In this document: piece by piece, positions 44,878 to 53,674 of the stretch | Numbering within the stretch: position 1 is the first letter of the stretch | Layout: each line of letters starts with the position of its first letter | DNA from: Eubacteriales bacterium | GTDB lineage: Bacteria; Bacillota; Clostridia; Oscillospirales; CAG-382 | Assembly: GCA_045542335.1 (NCBI GenBank) | Contig: JAZQKV010000017.1 | Span: 12,169-76,168 of the forward strand | Reading direction: 5' to 3' | Length of the DNA stretch: 64,000 bases | Notes under the pieces: model-generated | The model's database searches: none | The model's input: only the letters and a program-made list of their open reading frames with translations | Told to the model about the DNA's origin: nothing | Program-made: the position numbers and the translations under genes

Positions 44878-47379
44878 ATGACACAAATAAAGAGAATAAT
44901 GACACTTTTGCTTGCAGGCGTGCTTGCGATATCGACAATGCTCACCTCCTGCAATACCGACGTAAACCCCGATGAAACCGAAAAAACAGACGGTGAAAGC
45001 AAGCAGGAAGAAATTGTTGAAGAACCTTATGAGGAGGTTTTTACTTACGAAACCGAAAACGGGACTATCGAGTATTCCTCCGAGGTTGGGAAAATTGCAG
45101 AATATCCGGCTCTCAAGGCACTTGAGATTGCCGAAGACACGGTGACATATGTTGACGATGAGTATTTTGCCGCCCTTGATGCAAAGGCAAATGCAATGCG
45201 TGATAAGATACTTAACACCGAAACAACAATTGTCCCCGAGGGCGATGCAAAGGAATATTATGTTTCCATGACGGGCGATGACTCCGCAGACGGCGAAACT
45301 CCAGAAACTGCATGGAAAACACTTGGAAATGTAAGCGGCTCGGAGAACCTTAATGCAGGAGATGTCATCTATTTTGAAAGAGGCGGCGTGTGGAGAGGTC
45401 AGCTCCAGACCATGCCCGGCGTGACATACACGGCTTATGGCGATGTTGCAAACGGAAAGCCTGCCCTCTACGGCTCACCCGAGGACGGCGCAGATGCAAA
45501 AAAGTGGGCGCTTGTTTTTGAGGACAAGCTCACGGGCAAAAAGATATGGCAGTATCAGAACAAGCTTATGGATTCCGGAACACTTGTGTTTAACCACGGC
45601 GAAGCAGGCTGTGCATATAAGGAAGTTCCAAACTATATTGACGGCAAATATATGCTCAGAAGGAACAATTCCGTTGAGTTTGATTACACCGTGGAGCTTG
45701 ATAACGACCTTGAAATGTTCCAAGCAGCAGACAGCGAAATCAAAAACGGAGTTCCCAATGTCGGAAGTGTCAACAACGTGGGTTATATCTATCTCAGATG
45801 CGACAGCGGAAATCCCGGTGAAGTTTTTGATTCGATTGAATTTCTTCCGAGAAGAAACGGTTTTCAGGTTGGCGGCAACGAGGGAGTTACCATTGACAAC
45901 TTCTGCATAAAGTATGTTGGTTCTCACGGCGTGGGTGCAGGAACCTGCAAGGACCTGACAATTACAAACTGTGAGCTTGCTTGGATAGGTGGCGGTATTC
46001 AGACATATCAGTTCAGAGGTGACACAACAGGTCGTGTAACACGTTACGGAAACGCAATTGAAATTTATGGCGGTTGCGACGGATATGTTGTTGACAACTG
46101 TTATATATGGCAGGCATATGATGCAGGTGTCACGCATCAGGTTGGCGTTTCAGACGGTCCGAAAGTTTACTACATGAACGATATTTACTACACAAACAAC
46201 CTCATTGAGTATTGCACATATAACGTTGAATATTTCCTTTCGGGTGTTCCCCAAGACAATCCCAGCATGATGAACAACGTAAACATTTCGGACAACATCA
46301 TGCGTTATGCCGGAAACGGTTGGGGTGAACAGCGTCCTGACACAGGTTCTGCGGCGCACATCAAAAGCTGGTCATCATCAAACCCTGCAACGGATTTTGT
46401 TATCGAGAGAAACATTTTTGACAGAGGTTATCACAGACTTTTCCATATTGCTTCTACTCTTGAAGAGCATCTTCCCATAATGCGTGACAATGTTTATATT
46501 CAGTATAACGGTGCAAAGCTTGGAATGTTTGGCCCCGGCTCACCAAAGGATCAGGTTTATGATGAAAATGTTGCAGCACTTATAAATGAGGGGTATATAA
46601 AGGACGTAACCGCAGATATACGCTATGCTCGTCCCGAACCCGGAATGGCTGTTTTTGAGCCTACAAGTGAGTATGACGATTATCTCGACAGTCTCCCGTC
46701 GTATTCCTATGTTGACTCGAACGGAACCCTTATTCCTTTCAGAGTGGTTTACCCTGCAAGCTACACTAAGGGGGATAAGCTTCCAATGGTGGTTGTTCTC
46801 CACAATGAGTATCAGAACGGAAGCGAAAACCGTGAGCAGGCAAGGCTGAATGCGGATCTTGCAAGAAGTGCCTACAAACTTTGGGCAGGTTCTTCTGCCA
46901 ACTGTATATTCCTTTTCCCTCAATGCCGTGACGGATATAAATGGGTGAACACAAAGCTTGCCGCAACATATTCCATGGATGAGGTCGGCGAAAGCAGACA
47001 CCTGAAGGCTGTGGCAGAGCTTATTCCTGTTGCTGCGGAATATTTCGGCGCTGACACAACAAACATAAGCGTTTCCGGCACATCCGAGGGAGCAACGGCT
47101 GCATGGGACATTGCAATGCGTCATCCGGAGCTTTTCAGCCGTGCAATGATGGTGTGCGGTGCGGTTGACCCCACTCACGCAGAGGCTCTTGGCAACATGG
47201 AGGTTTATGTTTTCCATGGAACAAACGACGTTAAGGTGAGAATTGCAGGCGTTGACGCTGCAATTGAGCAGATGAAGTCGGCGGGCGCAAATATCACCTA
47301 TAATCAAGTTGAGGGCGCAATGCACGATTGCTGGAAGCAGGTTCAGACAGGCGATGCAGTTAAAAAACTTGTTGGATAA
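44878..47379 (+). CDS. Lipoprotein fusion of a beta-helix module (paralogue 7) with a C-terminal alpha/beta-hydrolase esterase domain
   Basis: Lipobox (...AISTMLTSC). The beta-helix core has GSHGVGAG, WIGGGIQ, RYGNAIEIYGGC, YDAGVTHQ and GWGEQRP...HIKSW. From about 46640 there is an esterase domain with nucleophile elbow GTSEG, GTNDV (Asp) and AMHDCW (His). Confidence 0.8.
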   Translation: MTQIKRIMTLLLAGVLAISTMLTSCNTDVNPDETEKTDGESKQEEIVEEPYEEVFTYETENGTIEYSSEVGKIAEYPALKALEIAEDTVTYVDDEYFAALDAKANAMRDKILNTETTIVPEGDAKEYYVSMTGDDSADGETPETAWKTLGNVSGSENLNAGDVIYFERGGVWRGQLQTMPGVTYTAYGDVANGKPALYGSPEDGADAKKWALVFEDKLTGKKIWQYQNKLMDSGTLVFNHGEAGCAYKEVPNYIDGKYMLRRNNSVEFDYTVELDNDLEMFQAADSEIKNGVPNVGSVNNVGYIYLRCDSGNPGEVFDSIEFLPRRNGFQVGGNEGVTIDNFCIKYVGSHGVGAGTCKDLTITNCELAWIGGGIQTYQFRGDTTGRVTRYGNAIEIYGGCDGYVVDNCYIWQAYDAGVTHQVGVSDGPKVYYMNDIYYTNNLIEYCTYNVEYFLSGVPQDNPSMMNNVNISDNIMRYAGNGWGEQRPDTGSAAHIKSWSSSNPATDFVIERNIFDRGYHRLFHIASTLEEHLPIMRDNVYIQYNGAKLGMFGPGSPKDQVYDENVAALINEGYIKDVTADIRYARPEPGMAVFEPTSEYDDYLDSLPSYSYVDSNGTLIPFRVVYPASYTKGDKLPMVVVLHNEYQNGSENREQARLNADLARSAYKLWAGSSANCIFLFPQCRDGYKWVNTKLAATYSMDEVGESRHLKAVAELIPVAAEYFGADTTNISVSGTSEGATAAWDIAMRHPELFSRAMMVCGAVDPTHAEALGNMEVYVFHGTNDVKVRIAGVDAAIEQMKSAGANITYNQVEGAMHDCWKQVQTGDAVKKLVG

Positions 47380-47481
47380 GAATGAATATTGGGATTTGCA
47401 AAGACGTGTTGTATCGGCAGAATAAAATAACACGGTTACTTCACAGCAATTTTCAGATTTAACTTTAATATTTTTCACAAA

Positions 47482-47512
47482 AAAATTCCTCCGCATAATG
47501 CGGAGGAATTTT
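47482..47512. terminator. Bidirectional intrinsic terminator between the convergent beta-helix operon and pfkA
   Basis: A 14-bp stem (aaaattcctccgca / tgcggaggaatttt) has an A-run on the 5' side and a T-run on the 3' side. Confidence 0.75.
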
Positions 47513-47542
47513 GCATAATATTAAACTGACAATATATGGCGA

Positions 47543-48613
47543 TCAGATCGAGATGTCATTTGCAATGTCGTAAATTGTCTTGAAGTTGGCACGCTTGATT
47601 TCGGAAAGAGCTTCCATTTCAGCCACAACCTTGGGATCCATTTTTGCAATTTCTTCGGGCTTCATCTTTCTCTTGTAGATTCTGTCGTAAGCAAGAGCCC
47701 ATTCAATGTCACGGGCGCATATCTTTTCGTCAATCGTGCAGACAACCTTGTTTGATTCGCCTTTGACAAGAAGGTCAACGGCATAATCGCCCATTATGCT
47801 TGCAAGGTATCTGTCACGGAGTGTGGGTCTGCCGCCACGCTGAACATGAGCAAGGCGCACAAATCTCGATTCAACTCCGGATTCTGCTTCGATTTTTGCT
47901 GTAAGTGCTTCGCCAAATTCTGCACCCATTCCCTCGGAAACAATTATAATAAAGTTTCTCTTTCCTGCAGCTCTTGAAGCTTTAATTTTTGCTATAACCG
48001 CATCTTCGTCAAAAGCAATTTCCTTGAGTGCAATTCCCGTTGCGCCCAGAGCAATGCCTGTGTGAAGTGCAATGTCGCCGGCATCTCTGCCCATAACTTC
48101 AACAACGCTGCAGCGTGCATGGGATTCGCAGGTGTCACGAAGACGGTCAACCATTTCAACAACTGTGTTCATGGCTGTGTCAAAGCCGATTGTGTGGTCG
48201 GTTGCGGTGATGTCGTTGTCGATTGTGCCGGGAAGACCGATGCAGGGGAGACCTCTGCGTGTTATGTCCTGAGCACCTCTGAAGGTTCCGTCGCCGCCGA
48301 TGGTAACAATTCCGTCAATCTTATTTTCCTCTGCAACCTTGAGAGCCTTCTGCATACCTTCTTCTGTTGCAAATTCCTTGCATCTGTCGGAATAAAGAAC
48401 TGTTCCTCCGAGGTTTATTATGTTGGAAACATCTCTTGCATGGAGAAGCTTCATGTCATTATCGATAAGTCCTCTGTAACCGCCATAAATACCCATTACC
48501 TCAATGCCTCTTGAAACGGCACTTCTTACTACACTTCTTACAGCTGCATTCATACCCGGAGCATCTCCGCCGGAGGTGAGAACGCCGATTCTTCTGAACT
48601 TCTTTTCTGCCAT
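47543..48613 (-). CDS. pfkA: ATP-dependent 6-phosphofructokinase
   Basis: MAEKKFRRIGVLTSGGDAPGMNAAVR..., with GGDGT and PGTIDND motifs. The start is at MAEKK (the track ORF extends to 48652). Confidence 0.9.
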   Translation of the reverse strand: MAEKKFRRIGVLTSGGDAPGMNAAVRSVVRSAVSRGIEVMGIYGGYRGLIDNDMKLLHARDVSNIINLGGTVLYSDRCKEFATEEGMQKALKVAEENKIDGIVTIGGDGTFRGAQDITRRGLPCIGLPGTIDNDITATDHTIGFDTAMNTVVEMVDRLRDTCESHARCSVVEVMGRDAGDIALHTGIALGATGIALKEIAFDEDAVIAKIKASRAAGKRNFIIIVSEGMGAEFGEALTAKIEAESGVESRFVRLAHVQRGGRPTLRDRYLASIMGDYAVDLLVKGESNKVVCTIDEKICARDIEWALAYDRIYKRKMKPEEIAKMDPKVVAEMEALSEIKRANFKTIYDIANDISI

Positions 48614-49108
48614 AATTATATCATTCCTTTCACAGTATATCAAATTTATCAAGACGCTTTCCGCAGAAGTTTTCTGAAAGCACTCTGACGGAAAACAGAT
48701 AATTTTATCCTATCAAATAAATATTGTAATACATTTATTGAAAAAATGCAATAAGGTTGAGGTCAAAACTCATCGACAAAATGTAAATTTTTTGAAAATC
48801 CACCCCATTTTTAAGGGTTTTTAAGCCGTCGTGGTCACACATTGTTAAAAAAATAACTTTTTGTGCCATTTATCTTGAAATTAAATTTACGCTTTTAATT
48901 TAATCTAATGTGTACGTCATACAAATAATAATTTGTATTGAAATTGAGGGATAACAGGCTTTGGTAAAATTCATACTCAAAATTTTGTTTTTGGAAACTG
49001 TTTCAGTTCAGAAAGATAATTATAATCTGCAACAAAAAGGTACGCCCGGCGCAGTGATAGAAAATTTGTTTTGCAGTAAAAATTTGCTAAATATTTATTA
49101 CTACGGCA

Positions 49109-49137
49109 TTGACTTTTTATCTTATGAATGATATAAT
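49109..49137 (+). promoter_or_regulatory. Sigma-A promoter of the glycogen operon
   Basis: TTGACT-N17-TATAAT lies about 115 nt upstream of the glgB start. Confidence 0.55.
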
Positions 49138-49253
49138 TATGGAAAGATGATAAAATTACGTGTATTTTACCCTTTTGCACGCAAAAAGCCGTGGATAAAC
49201 GATGAAATTCAACATAGACACGTCGGAATAAGATGAAGAAAAAAGGTGATAAA

Positions 49254-51221
49254 ATGAAGAAACAAAAAACAGACGATAATCTTGCGGCATATTATTTCCA
49301 CCAGGGAACAAATTATAAAGCGTATGAGTATATGGGTGTTCATGCGGTTTTTGCTCCGGCTAAAAAAGGAGCTGAAAAGAAGATAAAGGGTTATGTCTTC
49401 AGAGTTTGGGCTCCGAATGCGGATGCGGTGTTTGTTGTGGGAGACTTTAACAGCTGGGATGAATCGGTTCCCATGCAGCGTATCACCGATGGGGGAATCT
49501 GGGAAGGCTTTGTTGACAGGGACAGATTTGGAGAATTTTCAAAGTACAAGTTCAAAATCAAAAACGGTTGGCGTGAAATCTATAAGGCTGACCCATATGC
49601 ACGTTTTTCAGAATTGCCACCAAATACTGCTTCGGTGTATTGCGACACCGAAAGCTTCAAATGGACGGACGGAAAGTGGCAGGAAAAAAAGAAGCGTGAG
49701 CGTGATGAAAAATACAGTTTCCCGATGAATATTTACGAGGTTCATCTGGGGTCGTGGATGCGCCCCGAAAGCTGGCACGAAAATGCCGAGGGGGATGACA
49801 ACGACGGCGAACACCTCAATTACAGGGAAATTGCAAAACGTCTTGCACCCTATGCAAAGAAAATGGGTTACACCCATGTTGAACTGATGCCTGTTATGGA
49901 GCACCCATACGGCGGCTCATGGGGGTATCAGATAAGCGGATATTATGCGCCAACTTCACGATATGGAACGCCGACAGATTTTATGGCGTTTGTTGACGAA
50001 ATGCACAAGCATGGAATAGGTGTTATTCTTGACTGGGTTCCTGCTCATTTCCCAAAGGATGCTCACGGACTTTATGAGTTTGACGGTGGCTGTACCTATG
50101 AGTATCAGGGTTGGGACAGGCAGGAGCATCAGACCTGGGGAACAAGGCTTTTTGACATTGCAAGAAACGAGGTTGAATGTTTCCTTGTTTCAAATGCGGT
50201 TTATTGGTCGCAGATGTTCCATGCGGACGGACTTCGTGTTGATGCGGTGGCGGCTATGCTGTATCTTGATTTTGACAAGGAGCCGGGAAAATGGATTCCA
50301 AATGTCTATGGCGGAAGAGAAAATCTTGAAGCTATTGCATTTTTCAAAAAGCTCAATTCCGCAATGAAGAATATGTGCCCGGACACGGTTATGATTGCCG
50401 AGGAATCGACGGCATGGGCGAATGTGACCGGTTTTGAAAATGACGGTCTTGGATTTGATTACAAATGGAATATGGGTTGGATGAATGACATCCTTGATTA
50501 TTCATCGACCGACCCTCTTTTCAGGAAGTATAAGCATGAAAAAACAACCTTTTCCCTCATGTATGCTTTCTCGGAGCGTTATGTTTTGCCAATCTCCCAT
50601 GATGAGGTTGTTCACGGCAAAAAGTCGTTGCTTGACAGAATGCCCGGAAACTATGAGCAGAAATTTGCCGGAGAGAGAGCCTTTTTATCATATATGATGA
50701 CGCACCCCGGCAAAAAGCTGTTGTTCATGGGCAGCGAAATAGGTCAGTTCAGAGAATGGGACTATAAAGGTCAGGTTGAATGGTTCTTACTTGAATATGA
50801 TATGCACCGGAAGATGCAGGAGTTCGTGAAAGACCTTAACGCAGTTTATCTTAAGCGAAATGAGCTCTGGCAGCTTGACACCTCATGGGAGGGCTTCCGT
50901 TGGATACAGGCAAACAACAATGATCAGAGCGTGATTGCTTACAGACGTATCAACAAAGACGGCAAGGAGCTTACGGTGATAGTGAATTTCACGCCGGTTG
51001 TTCGTGAGAATTACCGTGTCGGTATCCCATATCCCGGATATTATAAAGAGCTTATCAACAGCGACAGCGAAAAATACGGCGGCACAGGTGTTTGCAACGG
51101 CATATTGAAAACCGACAACATTGAATGGGACGGATTGCCGTTCTCGCTTGAGCTTACGCTTCCTCCGCTTGGTGCGGTTATACTTTCAAAAACTGTAAAC
51201 AGAAAAAACAATGGGCAATAA
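49254..51221 (+). CDS. glgB: 1,4-alpha-glucan branching enzyme
   Basis: GH13 signature regions ILDWVPAHFPKD, GLRVDAVAAMLY, MIAEESTAW and ISHDEVVHGK. The start is at MKKQKTDD behind AAAGGTGA. Confidence 0.9.
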   Translation: MKKQKTDDNLAAYYFHQGTNYKAYEYMGVHAVFAPAKKGAEKKIKGYVFRVWAPNADAVFVVGDFNSWDESVPMQRITDGGIWEGFVDRDRFGEFSKYKFKIKNGWREIYKADPYARFSELPPNTASVYCDTESFKWTDGKWQEKKKRERDEKYSFPMNIYEVHLGSWMRPESWHENAEGDDNDGEHLNYREIAKRLAPYAKKMGYTHVELMPVMEHPYGGSWGYQISGYYAPTSRYGTPTDFMAFVDEMHKHGIGVILDWVPAHFPKDAHGLYEFDGGCTYEYQGWDRQEHQTWGTRLFDIARNEVECFLVSNAVYWSQMFHADGLRVDAVAAMLYLDFDKEPGKWIPNVYGGRENLEAIAFFKKLNSAMKNMCPDTVMIAEESTAWANVTGFENDGLGFDYKWNMGWMNDILDYSSTDPLFRKYKHEKTTFSLMYAFSERYVLPISHDEVVHGKKSLLDRMPGNYEQKFAGERAFLSYMMTHPGKKLLFMGSEIGQFREWDYKGQVEWFLLEYDMHRKMQEFVKDLNAVYLKRNELWQLDTSWEGFRWIQANNNDQSVIAYRRINKDGKELTVIVNFTPVVRENYRVGIPYPGYYKELINSDSEKYGGTGVCNGILKTDNIEWDGLPFSLELTLPPLGAVILSKTVNRKNNGQ

Positions 51222-51337
51222 ATGGTGTGTTGGAATGAGAGGACTTTAAGTTATAACGGTTGTATCGTTGCAACGAAAAGCAAACATCTTTCCGACATGA
51301 AATATTTCATACCATTGAAAATGATAGGAGAAGTGCT

Positions 51338-52522
51338 ATGTCAAGAACAAAAGAATGTGTTGCAATGCTTCTTGCAGGAGGGCAGGGAAGCAGATTGTAC
51401 ACCCTTACTCAGAAAACAGCAAAGCCTGCAGTACCCTTTGGCGGAAAGTACAGAATCATTGACTTTCCTCTTTCAAATTGCATAAACTCCGGAATCGACA
51501 CTGTGGGCGTGCTCACACAGTATCAGCCACTTGTGCTTAACGAATACATCGGAAACGGTCTTCCCTGGGATTTGGACAGGGCGTTTGGCGGCGTTAAAAT
51601 TCTGCCGCCCTATCAGGGAAACAAGACTTCAGACTGGTATCTCGGAACGGCAAATGCCATTTATCAGAACCTCAGATTTATTGATATGTATGACCCGGAA
51701 TATGTTCTTATTCTTTCGGGTGACCATATTTATAAAATGGACTATTCTAAGATGCTTGCTCACCACAAGGAAACGGGTGCAGACTGCACAATTGCAGTCC
51801 TTGACGTGCCGCTTGAAGAAGCAAGCAGATTCGGCATCATGAGCACAAACCCCGACGGCACAATTTTCAAGTTTACCGAGAAGCCAAAAAATCCCGACTC
51901 AACAAAGGCTTCCATGGGTATATACATTTTCACAAAGAAAAAGCTTGAACAATATCTCATTGCCGACGCTGAAAAAGAGGATTCTTCAAATGACTTCGGA
52001 AAGGATATTATCCCGGCAATGCTCGGTGCAGGCGAAAAGCTTGTTGCTTATGAGTTCAGCGGATATTGGAAGGACGTTGGAACAATCAAGAGCCTTTGGG
52101 AAGCAAACATGGATTTGCTTGGCGAGAATCCCGAATTTGTTCTTCACGATGAGGAATGGAGAATGTATTCCCGCAATCAGAGCCGTGCGCCTCAGTTTAT
52201 CGGCGACGGTGCAAAGGTTCAGAACAGCGTTATCTCCGAGGGCTGCGAGGTTTATGGAACAGTTATAAATTCGGTTTTGTTCAGCGGTGTTAAGGTGGCA
52301 AGGGGTGCTTACATAAAGGACTCTGTTGTCATGAGTGACACGGTTGTTGGACACGGCGCAACAGTCAACTATTCCATTATCGACACTGATGTGACAATTT
52401 CCGCAGGTGCTTCCATCGGCAAGAGCAAGGAAGCTTCAAAGGGGATCACCGTTATCGGAACAGGCGTTAATGTTCCGTCGGGACTTGTTATCGGTGACGA
52501 TGAAATGATTTCGGAGCTTTAA
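51338..52522 (+). CDS. glgC: Glucose-1-phosphate adenylyltransferase, catalytic subunit
   Basis: [42 protein letters not shown]. The start is at MSRTKE behind an AGGAG RBS (track start 51260 rejected). Confidence 0.9.
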   Translation: MSRTKECVAMLLAGGQGSRLYTLTQKTAKPAVPFGGKYRIIDFPLSNCINSGIDTVGVLTQYQPLVLNEYIGNGLPWDLDRAFGGVKILPPYQGNKTSDWYLGTANAIYQNLRFIDMYDPEYVLILSGDHIYKMDYSKMLAHHKETGADCTIAVLDVPLEEASRFGIMSTNPDGTIFKFTEKPKNPDSTKASMGIYIFTKKKLEQYLIADAEKEDSSNDFGKDIIPAMLGAGEKLVAYEFSGYWKDVGTIKSLWEANMDLLGENPEFVLHDEEWRMYSRNQSRAPQFIGDGAKVQNSVISEGCEVYGTVINSVLFSGVKVARGAYIKDSVVMSDTVVGHGATVNYSIIDTDVTISAGASIGKSKEASKGITVIGTGVNVPSGLVIGDDEMISEL

Positions 52523-52540
52523 GAAAGGAGAGGGACAAAA

Positions 52541-53674
52541 ATGACAGCGGCAGGACTTATTTTTTCAAATATTCACGATAAAAACATCCCCGAAATGACA
52601 AGACGCCGTACCATGGCATCCGTTCCTTTCGGCGGAAGATACAGACTTATTGACTTTGCACTTTCCAACATGGTGAACTCCGGTATAACCAAAATCGGCG
52701 TTATCACCCACAATAATTATCAGTCACTTATGGACCATATCGGCACAGGAAAGGACTGGGACCTTGCAAGACGCTCCGGCGGTATCAAGATTCTTCCTCC
52801 GTTTATCACGGCTTATGACAGCAGTGCGGCAAATATGCTTTACACAACACGTCTTGAGGCTCTCATGGGCGTTATGAACTTTATTTCCCGTTGCAACGAG
52901 GATTACATTGTTCTTTCCGACTGTGACACAATCTGCAACATCGACATGAAGGCTGTGCTTGAAATGACCGAGGAATCAAAGGCAGACATGACCATTGTTT
53001 CAAAGAACACCTATATCGGCGTTGAGGATGCCGGTAAGTACATGATTCTCACCTCTGACACGGACGGCAGAATCACGGACATCACAGAACACGGTGTAAA
53101 TACAACAGGCTTCCATGACATTTGCCTTAACATAATGGTGCTCAAGCGTTCTTATCTTCACAGCATTCTTCTTGATGCCATGGCTCACGGATACAAGCAC
53201 TTTTTCAAGGATGTCATAGTAAAGAATCTTGCAAGCGACAACATCCGTATATACAACTACGAAGGATACTATTCTTCTATCAGCTCACTTGCAGGCTATT
53301 TTTCATGCAGTATGGAGCTTCTTAAAAACGAAGTCAGAGCAGACCTTTTCGGCAATGACCAGAGACCCATTTTTACAAAAGTAAGAAATTCTGCGCCTAC
53401 CAAGTATATGGCAAACGCAAATGTGGTAAACTCTCTTGTGGCAGACGGATGTATAATTGAGGGAACGGTTGAAAATTCCATTCTTTTCCGTGGTGTCAAG
53501 ATTGGAAAGAACACGGTTGTGAGAAATTCAATTATGTTCCAGGACAGCTTCACGGGTAACAATGTGAGCCTTAACTGTGTTATCACGGATAAAAATGTCA
53601 TCATTCGTGACGGCAGACAGCTTTCCGGTCATGAAACGCTTCCGTTCTTTATTGAAAAAGGAGTTATGATATGA
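52541..53674 (+). CDS. glgD: Glucose-1-phosphate adenylyltransferase, GlgD regulatory subunit
   Basis: A paralogue of GlgC that lacks the GGxGxRL loop (MASVPFGGRYRLIDFALSNMVNSG) and lies directly after glgC, as in Firmicutes. Confidence 0.85.
   Translation: MTAAGLIFSNIHDKNIPEMTRRRTMASVPFGGRYRLIDFALSNMVNSGITKIGVITHNNYQSLMDHIGTGKDWDLARRSGGIKILPPFITAYDSSAANMLYTTRLEALMGVMNFISRCNEDYIVLSDCDTICNIDMKAVLEMTEESKADMTIVSKNTYIGVEDAGKYMILTSDTDGRITDITEHGVNTTGFHDICLNIMVLKRSYLHSILLDAMAHGYKHFFKDVIVKNLASDNIRIYNYEGYYSSISSLAGYFSCSMELLKNEVRADLFGNDQRPIFTKVRNSAPTKYMANANVVNSLVADGCIIEGTVENSILFRGVKIGKNTVVRNSIMFQDSFTGNNVSLNCVITDKNVIIRDGRQLSGHETLPFFIEKGVMI

Noticed and set aside
48653-49232. 580-bp AT-rich spacer between divergent pfkA and glgB, including a 67-aa ORF at 48977-49180.
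   Set aside because: The ORF has no RBS, is Lys/Asn/Phe/Tyr-rich as expected from AT-rich DNA, and overlaps the glg promoter. I saw no repeat or conserved structure, so the spacer is most simply two promoter/leader regions.
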